From: Anolis carolinensis
Lineage: Eukaryota
Direction of reading: 5' to 3'
Length of the DNA stretch: 64,000 nucleotides
Assembly (NCBI RefSeq): GCF_035594765.1
Contig: NC_085843.1
Span: forward strand, 273,831,971 to 273,895,970
Below are positions 23,321 through 37,592 of the stretch, in pieces (position 1 is the stretch's first letter; each line of letters starts with the position of its first letter). The position numbers and the translations under genes were made by a program. Under the pieces are notes generated by a model. The model was not told the origin of the DNA and ran no database searches. It worked only from the letters and a program-made list of their open reading frames with translations.

Positions 23321-23503
23321 AAATATCTAAAACAGGCCAGTTGCTTCTCTTAGAGAATTCTAGATCTATGACTGACCAATTTTAACTCCACATGAGGAAT
23401 TCAAAATGACCTTGGGGAACACACTTTGTCATATTTTGTGTGAATTCAAATTCTGGGCACACACCATACAGCATACATTAGCAACTTTCAATTATATAGT
23501 CAT

Positions 23504-23675
23504 TGTGGTTGTTGCTGTGTGCCTTCAAGGTATTCCTGGCTTATAGCAGCTCTACCATGGGGTTTTCTGAGGCTAAGAGTGTGTAACTTGCCCAAGACTA
23601 CCCAGTTGGGTTTTCATTGCTGTACAGGGATTCGAACCCTGTCCTCCAGAATTACACACAAACCACTATGCCACA
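23504..23675 (-). mobile_element. Degraded SINE with RTE-type tail
   Basis: ttgttgctgtgtgccttcaag ... gggattcgaaccc (B box on the minus strand). Confidence 0.65.
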
Positions 23676-26209
23676 TGAGTACCTCAGCTTAATTTCAAGC
23701 TTTGCTTCCTGAGATCTGTATAACTGGTGGGAATGGTATGGAGCTGGGCTCTTTGTATGCTGTGCATGTCCCTCTAAGTTCAGTACTCCCCAGACTCAAT
23801 GAACACCAAATATCATATAAGAAGCATAATCATGAGCCAGAAATCTGAGCACTGTTTTTGCTGACATTTGCCTTCACACATCTTTTATTCCTCTCACTTA
23901 AGTTGTTGAAATAATGGGTTTGGGGAAAATGTCCAGTTTTCTATTCTCTACCCAATCAGCCCTCCTTCCACTATAACCTTGGTGATCACTCATAGCCTAG
24001 AGAGAAGTTTCTGTACAACAATAACAAGAAGAAATAAAACCATATCTCCACAGTAAACAATTTCATCAGCTACATACATCTCCCTTCATAAGATCCAGAA
24101 TGAATTCAGCACCCAAACAGCCTATTCTGACATACAACATTATATAAAAAAACAAACTACAGTAAACCTAAGGGGGAAAAGTTTGAAATACTGGTCTAGA
24201 CCTTTAGTTGTGCCCTTCCAGTATTACTATCTCATACAGACTGACCAAATGAACCATTGATATGTCTCTGCCTCATTATCTGCTGCTACCATAGAAAGGA
24301 TCATCCAATAGACATCCACCTCAGGCACTACAGGAAAGATCTCTGTGATCCTTTAATAGTTATCCACTTCAGAAAGCATAAAATGACAGAATTGTAGTTA
24401 GAAGGGCAAGGGGTTACCTGTTCAAATTCTGACCAGTGCATGAATCCACCAATAAAGCATCCTTGACAGATTGCCATCCAACCTCTATTCAAGGTGCTAG
24501 GGAGTATGTCAGATTTGTGCATATTCTGTGCTATCCTAAGACTATTGGAGGATACTACCCCACCTGAAGGAAGATTCAACTGCAAGACTGTTTGCCTTTT
24601 GTGCACAAAATGCGGGAGGGGGGCCTTAGACAACAAGATTGTCCCAACATGTGATTTTACTTATCTGTACTGGTGCAAAGTAGAATCGAGCGGACTCAGT
24701 GGTGAAAATCATCTTGACAGCAGCAAGCAGACTAAAAAAGCATGAATTGTCCCTTTGTTGGAGACAGAAAAGGAAAAGTGTAGGAAAGGATAAAGGCATG
24801 CTGCACAAACACCAAAAACTAACAGACACTGAATAGCTCTACTATCTTGCTAGTTAAGTGGCCATTTATGTACTCAAAGCCTAGGCTGACAGCCATGGAA
24901 GAAATTTATTACAGATCATTTCCTGCAATTTTAAATATGAAAAAATGCTCTTATATATACAGAGTTTGGCTCCAAAGTCATATCTATATTCTTTAACTGG
25001 AAGGCAATCTTTGATGATAGCACAATCCATTAGCTATTATAACAGTTAATCCCTTTGGATCAGCTTCTTAAGAGAACATTTGAAAAATGTAAAGAAGCTT
25101 TGTAGTGAGGGGGGGAAATTGTTATGGTATTAAGCAGCAATGCAATTGCTGACAAGTAGAACCAAGGTTTAAAATGAGTTGACTTTTATTCTGAGTCAAT
25201 ATACTTTCTGAATGAGTGCATAATCCACTGGGAAGTTTGGGAAGTGCTGTAGCTCAGAGAGTGATGCAGAACACACATAGATCACTCAAAATATTTAGGC
25301 TGGATCAAAAAAAGGCCACCCATCTGGAACACAGGAAAGGTTTTACCAGTGGTTGTGGAAATAAAGAGCCTGACTTGGTATAACATAGTTTTTTATATTA
25401 TTCCCTAGCTACATTGATCCTATAACAGGAATTGAAAACCTCTGGCCCTGGGGCTGAATTTAATCCTCCCAGTCTTCCAATCAGCTTCCTCAGACACCAA
25501 GGGCAATGTCATGTAATGCTTTCCCGGGGTTTCTATGGGGTTTTCACCCTTCTAAAAGTTTAAGATGCCTCTCCTAAAGATTAGTCCCTGTCTGAAAGAA
25601 CTTTTGTTCCCTGCCTTTATACCATTGGTTCCACCCACTAATGAAATGTGGGCCCCAGGAACTTCTCTGGAATTGAATCCAAAACCGAGGCTGGAAGAGC
25701 TTTCCCACTCTTGTCCAATGGATTGGCGGAAATAATTTGCCCTCTTCCCAATTACAGAGAACATTTGATCCAGTGGATCTATCACAATTGAAACTAACAA
25801 TAGATTTAGACTGTCTCTGCCTATAGTTATCTACATGTACAATGAGATCATTTTCAGAGACCATTCTCTGATAAATACCCCAAATAAATTAGGTACGCCC
25901 ATCGACTACGAAGAGGAGCAATTCATCACAGAGATTCAGCTGTCATGTACATTATGATATGTTAGGTGCCATCTTTTTATTCCTTTAGTTTTTTAAAAAA
26001 CTATTCCAATTTTTGTAGATCTTAATGCTGCTATTAGTTTTACTTGGTTTGATGGGTTTTGCTTCATATTTTATAGAACTGAATCAGGTTATTTCAATGG
26101 GGTTTAGCACGACTGAGGTCTATGCAGGCAATGTATAATGTCGGTGCAATATATAAGGTTCTGGCAATTAATATCCTGCAACATTTGCTGAATGAAAATA
26201 GCCCTACAG

Positions 26210-26345
26210 CACTGGTTCTCAACCTGTGGATCTCCAGGTGTTTTGGCCTACAACCACCAAGAAATCTCAGCAAGTTTACCAGCTGTTAGGATTTCTGGTA
26301 GTTGAAGGCCAAAACATCTGGGGACCCATAGGTTGAGAACCACTG
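26210..26345. mobile_element. hAT-type palindromic MITE (same family as 18241)
   Basis: TIRs and 8-bp TSD CCCTACAG/CCCTATAG. Confidence 0.88.
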
Positions 26346-26894
26346 CCCTATAGCGTTCCAAGATCTCAGGGTCTGACCCACCCCACTTTTCCTATCTCAG
26401 ATTCTTCTCTGGGGAACATGTAGCCATGCCCTATATGTAACTCTTATGGCCTTTTTTTTTGCCCTCCTCCCCACCCACCCCAATGTGCAGTGTATTTTTG
26501 GAATATTTGAGGTCTAGGCAAGAACTTCTTTTCCACCAGAAAGTAACCTGGAAGTTTGATTTCACTTCCTGTTCAGAAAAGATGCTATTTTGTGTCTGTA
26601 GTGGGTCAGAGAGGAACAAAAAGCATGGTGAAATTCCCCATAGACACTCAATAAGGGGCATCTGGAAGAGGATAAAAATAATGTGCTGGGGATGTGGCCC
26701 TCCAAGATCTCCCAGGGAAAGCTTTGTGGGTCCCTAGCACTTGCCTGATGCATTCTGGAGCATCATCATTTACAAGACATAAAACAACCAATTGAAACGA
26801 AGGAAAAGAGTCCCAAAATCCTAACTGTTCCAAATGAGCTAGCCTTCTATCTGTGTTAGTTCAAAAGGAATTGGTTGAAGCTATTCCCCATCTT

Positions 26895-27496
26895 ATAGAA
26901 TCATAGAATCATAGAATAGTAGAGTTGGAAGAGACCTCATGGGCCATCTAGTCCAACCCCCCGCTAAGAAGCAGGAAATCGCATTCAAAGCACCCCCGAC
27001 AGATGGCCATCCAGCCTCTGCTTAAAAGCCTCCAAAGAAGGAGCCTCCACCACAGTCCGGGGCAGAGAGTTCCACTGCCAAACAGCTCTCACAGTGAGGA
27101 AGTTCTTCCTGATGTTCAGGTGGAATCTCCTTTCCTGTAGTTTGAAGCCATTGTTCCGTGTCCTAGTCTGCAGGGCAGCAGAAAACAAGCTCCCTCCCTC
27201 CTCCCTATGACTTCCCCTCACATATTTGTACATGGCTATCATGTCTCCTCTCAGCCTTCTCTTCTGCAGGCTAAACATGCCCAGTTCTTTAAGCCTCTCC
27301 TCATAGGGCTTGTTCTCCAGACCCTTAATCATTTTAGTTGCCTTCCTCTGGACACATTCTACCTTGTCAACATCTCCCTTCAATTGCGGTGCCCAGAATT
27401 GGACACAGTATTCCAGGTGTGGCCTGACCAAGGCAGAGTAGAGGGGGAGCATGACTTCCCTGGATCTAGACGCTATTCCCCTATTGATGCAGGCCA
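26895..27496 (-). mobile_element. 5'-truncated young CR1, same subfamily as 11969-16939
   Basis: Near-identical to 11970-12571, with the (ATTCTATG)n tail and intact ORF2 C-terminus. Confidence 0.97.
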
Positions 27497-29749
27497 TACT
27501 GGAACATACAGCAGGGCTTTTCAGGAGTGGCTCCCTACAATATGCTAATATCTCTATCCCCATTTCTACCTCCTGTTAAGAACCTTTCTGCATCATAAGT
27601 AATCCTGCTGAGCAAGGAAGTGGCTGCTTTGATTATTATGCTTTTATGTCATTTCTTTCTTTTATCATCTTAACTGGATTAGCAGTTGTTTTTTGTGATT
27701 TGATGATCCTTTCACATGAAGAATCCTATGCATTAAAATTTGGCTCATAAATATTGTAAATACATTAAAATGCAAACCAACATGGCAAAAGTACCTAAAA
27801 ATTCATTAGGTACCATGAGCTTCATTTATCAAATAAGTTGTTTGTCCTTCCATAGGCTATCTTTCAAGTAAAACTATTTATTCTATATCCTCTGAGGCTC
27901 AGAGGTAGGTAAAAAACTCAATCACTTCTTATTGCTGGAGACAGCTACAGCAAAACACCTTGGAGCATTTGACTCTTAGAAACTGCTTTGGAAATCCCAC
28001 AGAGAGAACCCTGTCAATGGCAACATGTGGTGTGGTGCCTTTAAAGGAACCCTTGTCACAATCAGGCTTGACAGTCCTGTTGTTTTACCAGAAAGTTTAT
28101 CTCCGTCTCTGTGGGAATGAGGTGTCCTTCGCTGTATGGATTTGCAAACATGAAAAGACAAGCCAAGTAGATTGACTGGAATCTCAATTACACGGAGTAC
28201 AGTAGGATAACAAGGGCAGGGTGTTTAATTTCTGACAGCATTTCAAAACCCCAAAGACACCAAGTGTCTAAAATGCAAATTGAAACATACTTCTGACAGG
28301 AGGAAAGCAGCTCTGAAAGAAGAAATCACCTCTTTCTCGCATCCAAACACAAAGTGTTTCCGGGACAAAATAGAGTCACTGGATTGTTATCATAGTTGTG
28401 TAAGGAGCCGGCTTGCATGCAATGTTGCAGACAACATATATGACTTTGCATGGGAAGATCTAGGTTTGAATCCTAGTTACATCAAGAGGGATCAGTATTC
28501 TGTTGTTTGTTTGTTTAGCATCCCATTCTTGCTGTTGTCATCCTTGTTAAATTCATTTATAGCCCACCTTTTCCCCAGTTCCAGACCCAAGGTGGCTTAC
28601 AAAAGTCAAAATAAATAAAGTTACAAAGTTCCATCATACAAAGATTTAAAATGGAATTAAACCATCAGTAAAATTAAAACTAGCTAAAACATAACCAGTG
28701 GATCTCCAAAGGTCTACTCAAACAAAAACAGCAAGAATACAGAACCCAAGGCAACTTAAAACACAATAACTTAAAATTGAATTCATATAAATGACTTTGA
28801 AAAGAAAATTCTTTTAAAGACACAAAAGACTTTAAATCACAAGAAAGACAAAAACACTGCACGCTGAAACAGGCACAGTTCACCATCCCTAACATTTTAG
28901 ATGGATTGAGTTCTTTGATGCCTATCAATTCATCTGTTTGGAGGTCCCCTTTGACACCTTCTGATTGCCTGGACTTCCAACTCATGACCAACAATAAAGT
29001 CAACAGGTAGAATTATTAACGCTCCACTTAAGCATGTTTAAGTATTAAAAACTCTGAGTATATATATTGGAGAGTGGGCAGGCTTATATTTATTATGTGC
29101 GGTCATAGACATAGAAACATATACTCTATTTTAGATAAATATAGAGTTTTTAATGTCTAGACACATTACTGTCAATCTTCCACACCTCCAGATTTTGTAT
29201 CCACAGATTCAACCATCCACCACTGGAACAATGAATCTGTGCTGGATTTTCATCTAAATATCAAAGGGCTGAAACTTTGGTGGGATCAGGTTCAGCACAA
29301 TTGATAGCTATTTTTAAGGTTCAGGCTAAATACTAGAACAAATTAATATTAATAACCATTAACATTGCTAGTCATGGTGCCGATATATTTAAAACAAGTA
29401 CAAGTCCTGTTGAGATTCCAAGATATAAATTAGTCAAAAAAAATTTTGCCAGCAGCTCTATCAAAGAATTCAGTCCCATTGTAAACAGCCTCCTTACTGC
29501 ATAAAATAATTCTTGACAAGTGATGGAAGTAGAAACAGAGAAATCGGCATAAAGTAGGGGGTCATTCAAAAAAAGCATTTTGTATTATTGGTGGACCAAG
29601 GAATTATCCCAGCCAGGTTTTTGCTCCCAGTTAGGTTTGCTAACTAGGTTGAAGAATTGAAAGCTTCCTCTAGAAACTGCCATTCCCTCCAACAATGATT
29701 TTTAATATAGTTTCAGGGGATGATAATTCATTTTCCAAATTCATAAACT

Positions 29750-30360
29750 TATAGAACCCTAAGAATGGCAAAGGCCATCTATTTCAACCCTCAGCCGTGC
29801 AGGAATACACAACTAAAACAAGAAGCCAATCATTATGTGGAATCACTTTCAAATCCATTGGTTCATGTTCTAGTGCCTAGTGTGGCAGAAAATAAGCTCA
29901 ATCTACCTTCTGCATGACATTCCTTTAGATATTTAAAGATAGTCATCAGTTTTCCCTTCTCCAAGCTAAATATACCCAACTCCCTTAGTCATTCCTGATT
30001 AGGTTTTTTTTCCAGACCATTGATCAGCTTATTCACTCTTCTCTGAACACATTCAGCTTGTCAATGTCTTTCTTGAAATGTGATGCCTAGATTTGGACAC
30101 AGTATTCCATGTGATCTCTGACCAAAACAAAATCGAATGGCAGTGATTCTTCCTATCAATTCAACTAGAGTGGTTTTTTTTTTGGCATTGCATCACACTG
30201 TTGACTCATGTTTAGCCCTACTGCTAAGGTCCCTAGATCCATTTTAAAAGTACTGCTTTCAAATCAGGTGTTCCCCATTCTATATTTTAGCATTTCATTT
30301 TTCCTGCCCAGCGTAGTATCTACCTACATTTATCCCTATTGAATTTCATTTCTTTCAGTT
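29750..30360 (-). mobile_element. Old CR1 3' fragment
   Basis: Decayed match to the CR1 3' region (ggacacagtattcca, catcacactgttgactcatgttt). Confidence 0.8.
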
Positions 30361-32027
30361 TTCCAGATTATCTACAAAGGTATCCTCTGCAATTATGTCT
30401 TCTTTGTGTGTTTCCCAGAGGTCATTGGGTTGGCTGCTGAAGGAATATAATGATGAAACATGTAGGTCTTGTTCTCATCTAGCATGGCTCTTATTTTGCT
30501 CATATTAAGAAGTATGGAGCTCTGGATCAGAGATTCAGAATCCCATTTAATCCTTTCATTTTTCATGCCAACTTAAAAACCATAGCTCTACCAGTACCTA
30601 AGTGTATATTGCCAAGGAGCTGTGAAGCTGCATAAATAATAGCAGTAATTCTTTTTATTTGAGGGGAGGTAGAAGGTGGAGGTAATGTAGCATCAAATGA
30701 AATTTCCATTTTAGTAATCATGTATTTGTGTTTTCATAAAATAGATGTCATGTAGAGAGTAGCTACATTTATAATGGACAATCTGTGGGAAAGGGGAAAG
30801 AGAAACAGTTTTAATCAAATGCTTAGCCAAAGGCAATAAATAGGCAGCCAGTATCATACATAAACAATTGTGTTCATCTAATGGAGAAATGACGTTGTAA
30901 CCTAATGGTTGGATAGCTCATCAATGACATTAGTAGAACCCATAGCAGTACACTCGGCTTGTGCCATTTTTCACAAGGCCATCAGACTATGTATTTTTGT
31001 GTAACCACATAGATCTCCAAATAAATAAATAATGTTCCCTCAAATACTTCTCAGTGACATCAGAGGCAATTTATCACACTCCCTTCCCCCAGGTTGTTTT
31101 AGGCCCAGAAGAGGCCATTTTCCATTGAGGTTATTCAGAAGTTGACTTTGGGAGGAGGTGTAACAAGGGTGAGGAAATCCAATGCAGCCCCCTAACTTCC
31201 AGAAGTTGTTCATTCCTGCTACATACTGATAGCAATCTCATTCTCTGAGTGTGGATTTTTTTGTACTCAATGCCCTGGAGGGAGATATAAGTAGTTTCAA
31301 ATGGGCTGTAGGGTTGGTATGGGCTAAGTCTTGGGAATATCCAAATACATCTTTATGAAGACAGAAAATGCTCAGCAGACATGGAATTCTGATTGTTGGG
31401 TGGAATAGAAATAAAATGAAACGGAATGGAATGGGATTCCCTGGAAAATGACACAGCTTGTGGGTGGGCAAGAAGGCCATTAGGAAAAAGATATTTTCTC
31501 AAGTCTGGGCTAAGTGAACAGATGGGATCATAAGAGTAAATATCATCACTTATTTATCCTGGTCTCAAATAAGGTTAGGTTAGGGATGGGATGACTATTG
31601 GAAATGTTCTTGAAATTCTTGAACTATTAGTTTCAAAAATGTCAGAAAACCCTAAAAAGAATCCTAGATGCAAATCAAGACATAGGACCTCATGATACGG
31701 GGGGTTTTCAGCCTTGATTTTTCTTTTGTCTATAGGGCCTGGACAAGGTCTTCTGAACAACATCATACAATGCTGGCCTTGCCTCACCCACATTCCTCCC
31801 AAAGTTGAAGGGAAGCGTTGCAAGATGCTTCCTCTTCCATGACTGAGAGTAAAGTGTTTTTAGGGTAGCACCAACAGAGCTACCCACACTTTCCTCCCCT
31901 TTTCCCCATATGATGGGGGAAAGGGTGATGGGGCAACATGCATTGCCATCTTTTGTCCCATCTCCAACATATACTGGGGGAAGGAGGGAAACCATGCGGG
32001 GTACCACAAGCCCCCCCCCCCTGCGCC

Positions 32028-32245
32028 TTATTTATTTATTTATTTATTTATTTACAGCATTTATATTCCGCCCTTCTCACCCTGAAGGGGACTCAGGGCG
32101 GATCACATTACACATATAGGCAAACATTAAATGCCTTTTAACATAGAACAAAAACAAGACAAACATAGGCTCCGAGCGGGCCTCGAACTCAGAGTGATTC
32201 ATTGCAGCTAATTGCAGCTGGCTTGCTCTCCCGCCTGCACCACTG
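32028..32245 (-). mobile_element. Anolis SINE2-type SINE, internally deleted
   Basis: (TTTA)n tail followed by tatattccgcccttctcaccctgaaggggactcagggcggatcac. Confidence 0.85.
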
Positions 32246-34210
32246 GCAACTGCCAGTGAAAAAACATGGCCCCAGGGGCCGCGTGAAGAGATCCTCTATC
32301 TACACGAAAAATGCATGTAGAATACTGTCTAGAAAATGCCTTATTTCAGCAACACATTTCCCGAACAGAAAACAGTAACTTCTTGGGGGGGAAACAGCAT
32401 TCTCTCTACAGAAGATTTTTTTTTTTGCATAAAAACTGCAGTTTTCAGTGCAGGGAATCTGCTTTGTGTAGAAATGTTAGCCAAGATCCTGCATGGAGCA
32501 CATAGTTATGAAGTTATAACTACACTCCCATTCTAATATCTTGAAGCCCACCTTAAAAGCCAGGTAGCCATAGCAAGCAAAGAAGTCCTGTGTGTGGCAT
32601 GGGCAAATAGGATGCTGAAGGAGGACACATCCAGTCTGTTCCCATCATTAAGCTGTGGTGTGATACACAAAAGTAGGGTTCTATCACAATTCTGCATCAT
32701 ACTATGGTTAACTGGCAGGAGGTGGCTGGATGCTTCATCTTTCAGAGCTCTGCTGACCATTATCATAGACTCAGTGAAGATGCCTGGGTTTTAAGGTGGG
32801 GGGGAGGACATTTGTGATTGTGGTAATATACCACAGTCACAAATTTGAATGTGTACCAGTTTTGAGGTCATAAGTTTAGCTTATAGCATCTTAACTGCCT
32901 AATAGCATGGTACCCGACTTCTACTGTTTTCTGCCTAGAAATATTGTTTTTCTGCAAACAAGTATGGTTTTCTTTGCCCCTAGATGTGCTTTTTTGAACA
33001 CAGAATGAATCTCAAACTGCAAATAGTGTTTTAAAATTACAGTTTCCAATAACTTCTTTGCAGAAAAAGAAAAAATGTTTAAATGTTAAATTTTTGTTCT
33101 TGCCTTTGAGGATGAAATGTATGAATATTTGCATCCCTAGTTCAAACCAATACTTTTTCCCCTCCTTAAGCTGATAATCAGGTTGGGTCTCATAAAATCA
33201 ATGAAATGCAAACACTGCAATGATCCCTGCCATGAATCTCACCAGGACCAAGCCTGCTGTTAAGTAGAGAGAGGCGGCTAGCCTGGGGCAACTGATTTTG
33301 AGTGTCATGAAGGGGCAACAAATTGTTCCTTTTAAAAAAGCATTAGTATTCTGCTTTTACTGCTCGGGAGAAGGAGAAGGGGTAGTGAGATTTTTTGCCT
33401 TAGGTGCTAAAATAATTTGACTGCCATTTGGATATTACATATCAGAGCTTGAAATAGTTCTTTGGACAATAATTCCCAGCCTTTGACTGCAAATTCTAAG
33501 AGCTGTAGCTCAAATGGTAACTTTTTCAGGGTCTGTTACCTTGTCAATGAATCAGATAACAAAATATATTCCACCTGATACAACTAGGTATCATTGGACC
33601 TGTACTTTTGCCACCATATTCTAGACCAGTGGAAGCTTCGAGCACTTTTCCAAGGCTTCATGTATAATGCAATATGTATTTTATTACTCAAACAGTGTCG
33701 TATTAATTTATTACAAATGAGAATTTATTGGTGCTTATCAATTGGGCTTGTAATAAGAGAAATGTTTGTAGAAGAGTTATTCTTGCATTCTGCATAGTGT
33801 CTTCCAAAACTTTTTATACCTGATCCTCGTGATTTCAAGATTATATCTGCCTTCATAAGCACTAGAAATGCCTCAGGGCACAAAATCTACTTTGTGAGTC
33901 ATTTATTGAGAGGAAAAAGCAATAGTATATATATTGTGGCCAAAATTCATTTTGAGAATTATACCTTCATGAGTGGACTTATTATGTCTGCAGGAAACTG
34001 AAGCGAGCAGTTCCAGCAAGGGCTGGCTGTTACATAACTATATAGACTGTTAGGAATTGTGAGATTTGAAGTCCAAAACAACTAAAGGACCGAAGTTTGC
34101 CCATGCCTGATATGAGAGCACTAGCATAGTAATTGATATGTATAAGGACCAATTGCACAACAGAGCTGACGAGCAACACAACACGGGCTAAGGCATGCTG
34201 ATGTGCATCA

Positions 34211-34433
34211 GGGCCGGGCTGTGGCACAGGCTGTTGAGCAACCAGCTGCAACAAATCACTCTGACCAAGAGGTCATGAGTTCGAGGCCAGCTCGGAGCCC
34301 CACGTTTGTCTTGTCTTTGTTCTATGTTAAGGCATTGAATGTTTGCCTTATATGTGTAATGTGATCCACCCTGAGTCCCCTTCGGGGTGAGAAGGGCGGA
34401 ATATAAATACTGTAAATAAATAAATAAAATAAA
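34211..34433 (+). mobile_element. Anolis SINE2-type SINE, internally deleted
   Basis: Head gggccgggctgtggcacagg...gagttcgagg joined directly to the 3' part, with a (TAAA)n tail. Confidence 0.85.
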
Positions 34434-34829
34434 TCAGTAGAACCAACCTGCACTGGGACACTCTTGCTGATGCCTTGATGAAAATCTTCGCACTCTTACT
34501 GTCAAAAAGTTCCTTCTGACAAGGTTTCTTAGCACCTCTGTTAAGTATGCACAAAATTATGTAACAGACTGTGATAGAGAATTCCAGTCTAAATAAAAAC
34601 AAAAAAGAGTGCCTAGTCTTCTAATCCTTGGATTACAGCTCTGAGCAGCCATTGCTTGCTACCATACTCAATAAGGAAGTATTCAGTTCACTAATACTGA
34701 AAGGGACACACAATTCCCACATTTGGGGTAAAAACCAAATTTGACAGGCCAAGGGAGGGGAAGAAGTACAACTAGTGCAGTTTGTAACAGAAATTTGTTG
34801 TTGTGTGCCCTCAAGTTGACTTCAACTTA

Positions 34830-35190
34830 TGAGGAAGGGTTAAATGACCTGGGCCTTTTTAGCTTGGTAAGGAGATGACTGAAGGGAGGCAAAATAGAAC
34901 TCTAAATACCTGAAGGTCTGTCACAAAGACATAGACCTATTCTCTGCTGCCCCACATCTAATGGTTTAAAGTTATAAGAGAATGAATTTCAATTGAATAT
35001 TAGAAGGAACTTTTGACAGTAAGAGCTGTTGGGTGGTGGAATCAATTGTCTTGAAACGTGGTGGATCTCCTTCTCCGGACATCTTCAGTAAGTGTCTGGA
35101 TGATTACCTTTTTTGTGAGCTTTAGTTGGTCATCTTGTATTAAGCAGAGAGTACAACCTGATGGGTCCCTTACAACTCTATGATTCTATA
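34830..35190 (+). mobile_element. Old CR1 3' fragment, apparently inserted in a minus-strand RTE-tail SINE (34796-35375)
   Basis: Decayed CR1 C-terminus ending ctctatgattctat, with SINE halves on both sides. Confidence 0.75.
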
Positions 35191-37592
35191 ACTCTGCGAC
35201 TCATGGAAACCTAATACTAGGGTTTACTTTGCAAAAATTTGTCTAGAAAAAGCTTGGCACTGTCTTCCAATAAGGCTGAAAGAATGTGATGTTCTCAAAG
35301 ACATCCAATGCAAGTCTATGAACTCTTGCCTTCCTAGATTCCCAGTCCAACACCCTATACACTATACCGGCTCATATAGCAAAACGTGACATTTCATTAA
35401 ATAAAATGAAAAACCTGGGAGAGCAAAAGAGAAAGGAAAAAATGAGAACCTGAGTGAGAGGATGCCTGCTCTATTAATCACCATCTGATAATTCCGTCCT
35501 GGCCATGAGGCAACAGTAACAGCCTGGAAAGTGTTCATTATTCTGGAAATAAATATACTGCCACTGCCGGAGGGAGTGGGAGGATTGATGGACTTGCAGT
35601 GAGAGAAGAAACAATGATCTACTCCCTCTCTACCAAATGACCTGAGGACAAAAAGCCTAGCACCAGAAGAATAAGGATGACTGTTCCTCCAATGGTTTCA
35701 ATAGGTTCTATCAATAGAAGTGGAAAGAACATTCAAGGTTTCATGAAATTCTGAATTTGATTTACCTACAGAAATGAAGTTGTTCCACTAAAAAGAGAAA
35801 TATTTCACTTGGACTGCAGTCACAAACCACAGCTGGCACCATGGGATATAGCTGGCTGGTGATCTTGAGTTGCAGTTGAAGATAAAAAGAGTCCTGATGG
35901 ATTAGATCCAAGAACAACCTCTATTCCCACAATGGCCAACCAGTTGCCAATGGAAAGATCACTAGCAGGAGATGGGCACCATTGCATCCTATGTCCCCCA
36001 TCCTCCCCAGCAACTGATATGAAGAGACATATTCCCTCCAGTACTGGAAATAATACATAGCTATCTTGACTAGTAGGCACTGATGCCTCTCATCTCCATG
36101 AATGTTATCTAACCGCCTTTTAACTCTGCCCATTACTATATCTTGCGACAGTGAATTTCACAGTTTAACTATGCACTGTGTGAGGAAGCGCTTTATCTGA
36201 AATGATAAATTGTTGCATATTTATTCCTGTTCAAGCTAGTAAAGCCTCAAGCCAAAATCGTATACAGCTTCAGCAACATGGAAAAACCCTCCTGTGAATT
36301 TACTCAACACCATTCAGGCAGAGTCTATTGTCAGGTCTATAGAGATCTGGCTGTTTCTTTCATATCTGGCTCTGAAAGATATTTGAAGCCAAAAGCACTA
36401 TGGGAAGAACAGCTTGACAAATTTGCCTAAGCCATGTGGACATTTCCTCTGGTAGGACTGAAAGTCACACAAAGAGGGACCTTCCATTGCCACTTCAGGA
36501 CTTCAACTTGAACAGTAAAGTTGTGGATACTTCTTTTGTATGAGAAGAGAAAGTGTTGTGAATTGTCTGATTCCATAAGATTCTGGCCTCAATGACTGGC
36601 TTGTTGCTCTTCCTGGACCTACAATGATCCAGAAAGTATGAAAATGGCATTTAGGAACAAAATGATTTTGAAATATTTTTAATAGAATTGGCATGGGGGT
36701 GCAGCCATTTAAGGTCTCTTGGGTGGACCAATGCAGCAACCTAAAACCTAACAGTTGCCCACCCAGCTTATTCATTAATCCAACACTTCTGGAAAATGCC
36801 AGGTTGGAAAAAAAACTGCTATTTCCTTCTTTCAAATCCTGGAAAACATTGAAGTGTTACTGAGACCAATGGAGTCCCCACAACAGCCCTGATCACTTGG
36901 TGGATTGAGCGAATCACAACATTACACACTTGTTTTGTTTTGTTTTTTGTTTTGTTATTCTCTCTGTATTGTTCTTACAAAGGTCATAAGCAAAAGCCTA
37001 GAAAAATATCCTAAAGGGTATTCTAAATGCTGAAGCTGTTCAGCAGGCAGGTAAGGAATAAAAAGGGCCATTTCGGCAAAGGGAGAACCTGCGGCACAGA
37101 CGTTCCTGCCAAATGCTATTGGCATTTCAGTCTGTGATAATTGCTTCATAATGTAAGCAATTTTATTACGAACATGAACACTGCAGACTATTCACTGCAT
37201 AATGTATCATCCCGAGTTCTAAATTCAATACTTTTGACTTTTGTAATTTCCCAGAGCAAAATAAATGAAGATTGCAATATGCTTGAATTTAATTGATAGC
37301 ATCATGCATTGCATATTTTAAAAATGGGAGTTCATTAAATGGGGGAGCCGAACGCTAGCAGTAGGTGTCTGGCTGACTGTGCGTGTGAGACACGTGACTG
37401 CTTGGATGTATATAGGTACAGAAAATGTCAGCGCTTTGGAACATTACTTGTGGGGATAACAATTCCCAGAATTCTACAGTCAAAAACAGGTCTATAATGT
37501 TCCAGGTTATTATTTTGTTGTTATGCTTGTTTAATGGTTTCAGCAAATGTGCATTGCCTCTATTCCTTGCCTATGCACATTTCAGATAGCAA

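Noticed and set aside
26880-27482. Shared GCTATTCCCC between the left flank and the 5' end of the truncated CR1
   Set aside because: Not positioned as a TSD; could be microhomology but chance cannot be excluded.
26985-27563. 192-aa ORF as a host gene
   Set aside because: It is the truncated CR1 ORF2 C-terminus fused by chance to about 22 codons of flanking DNA.
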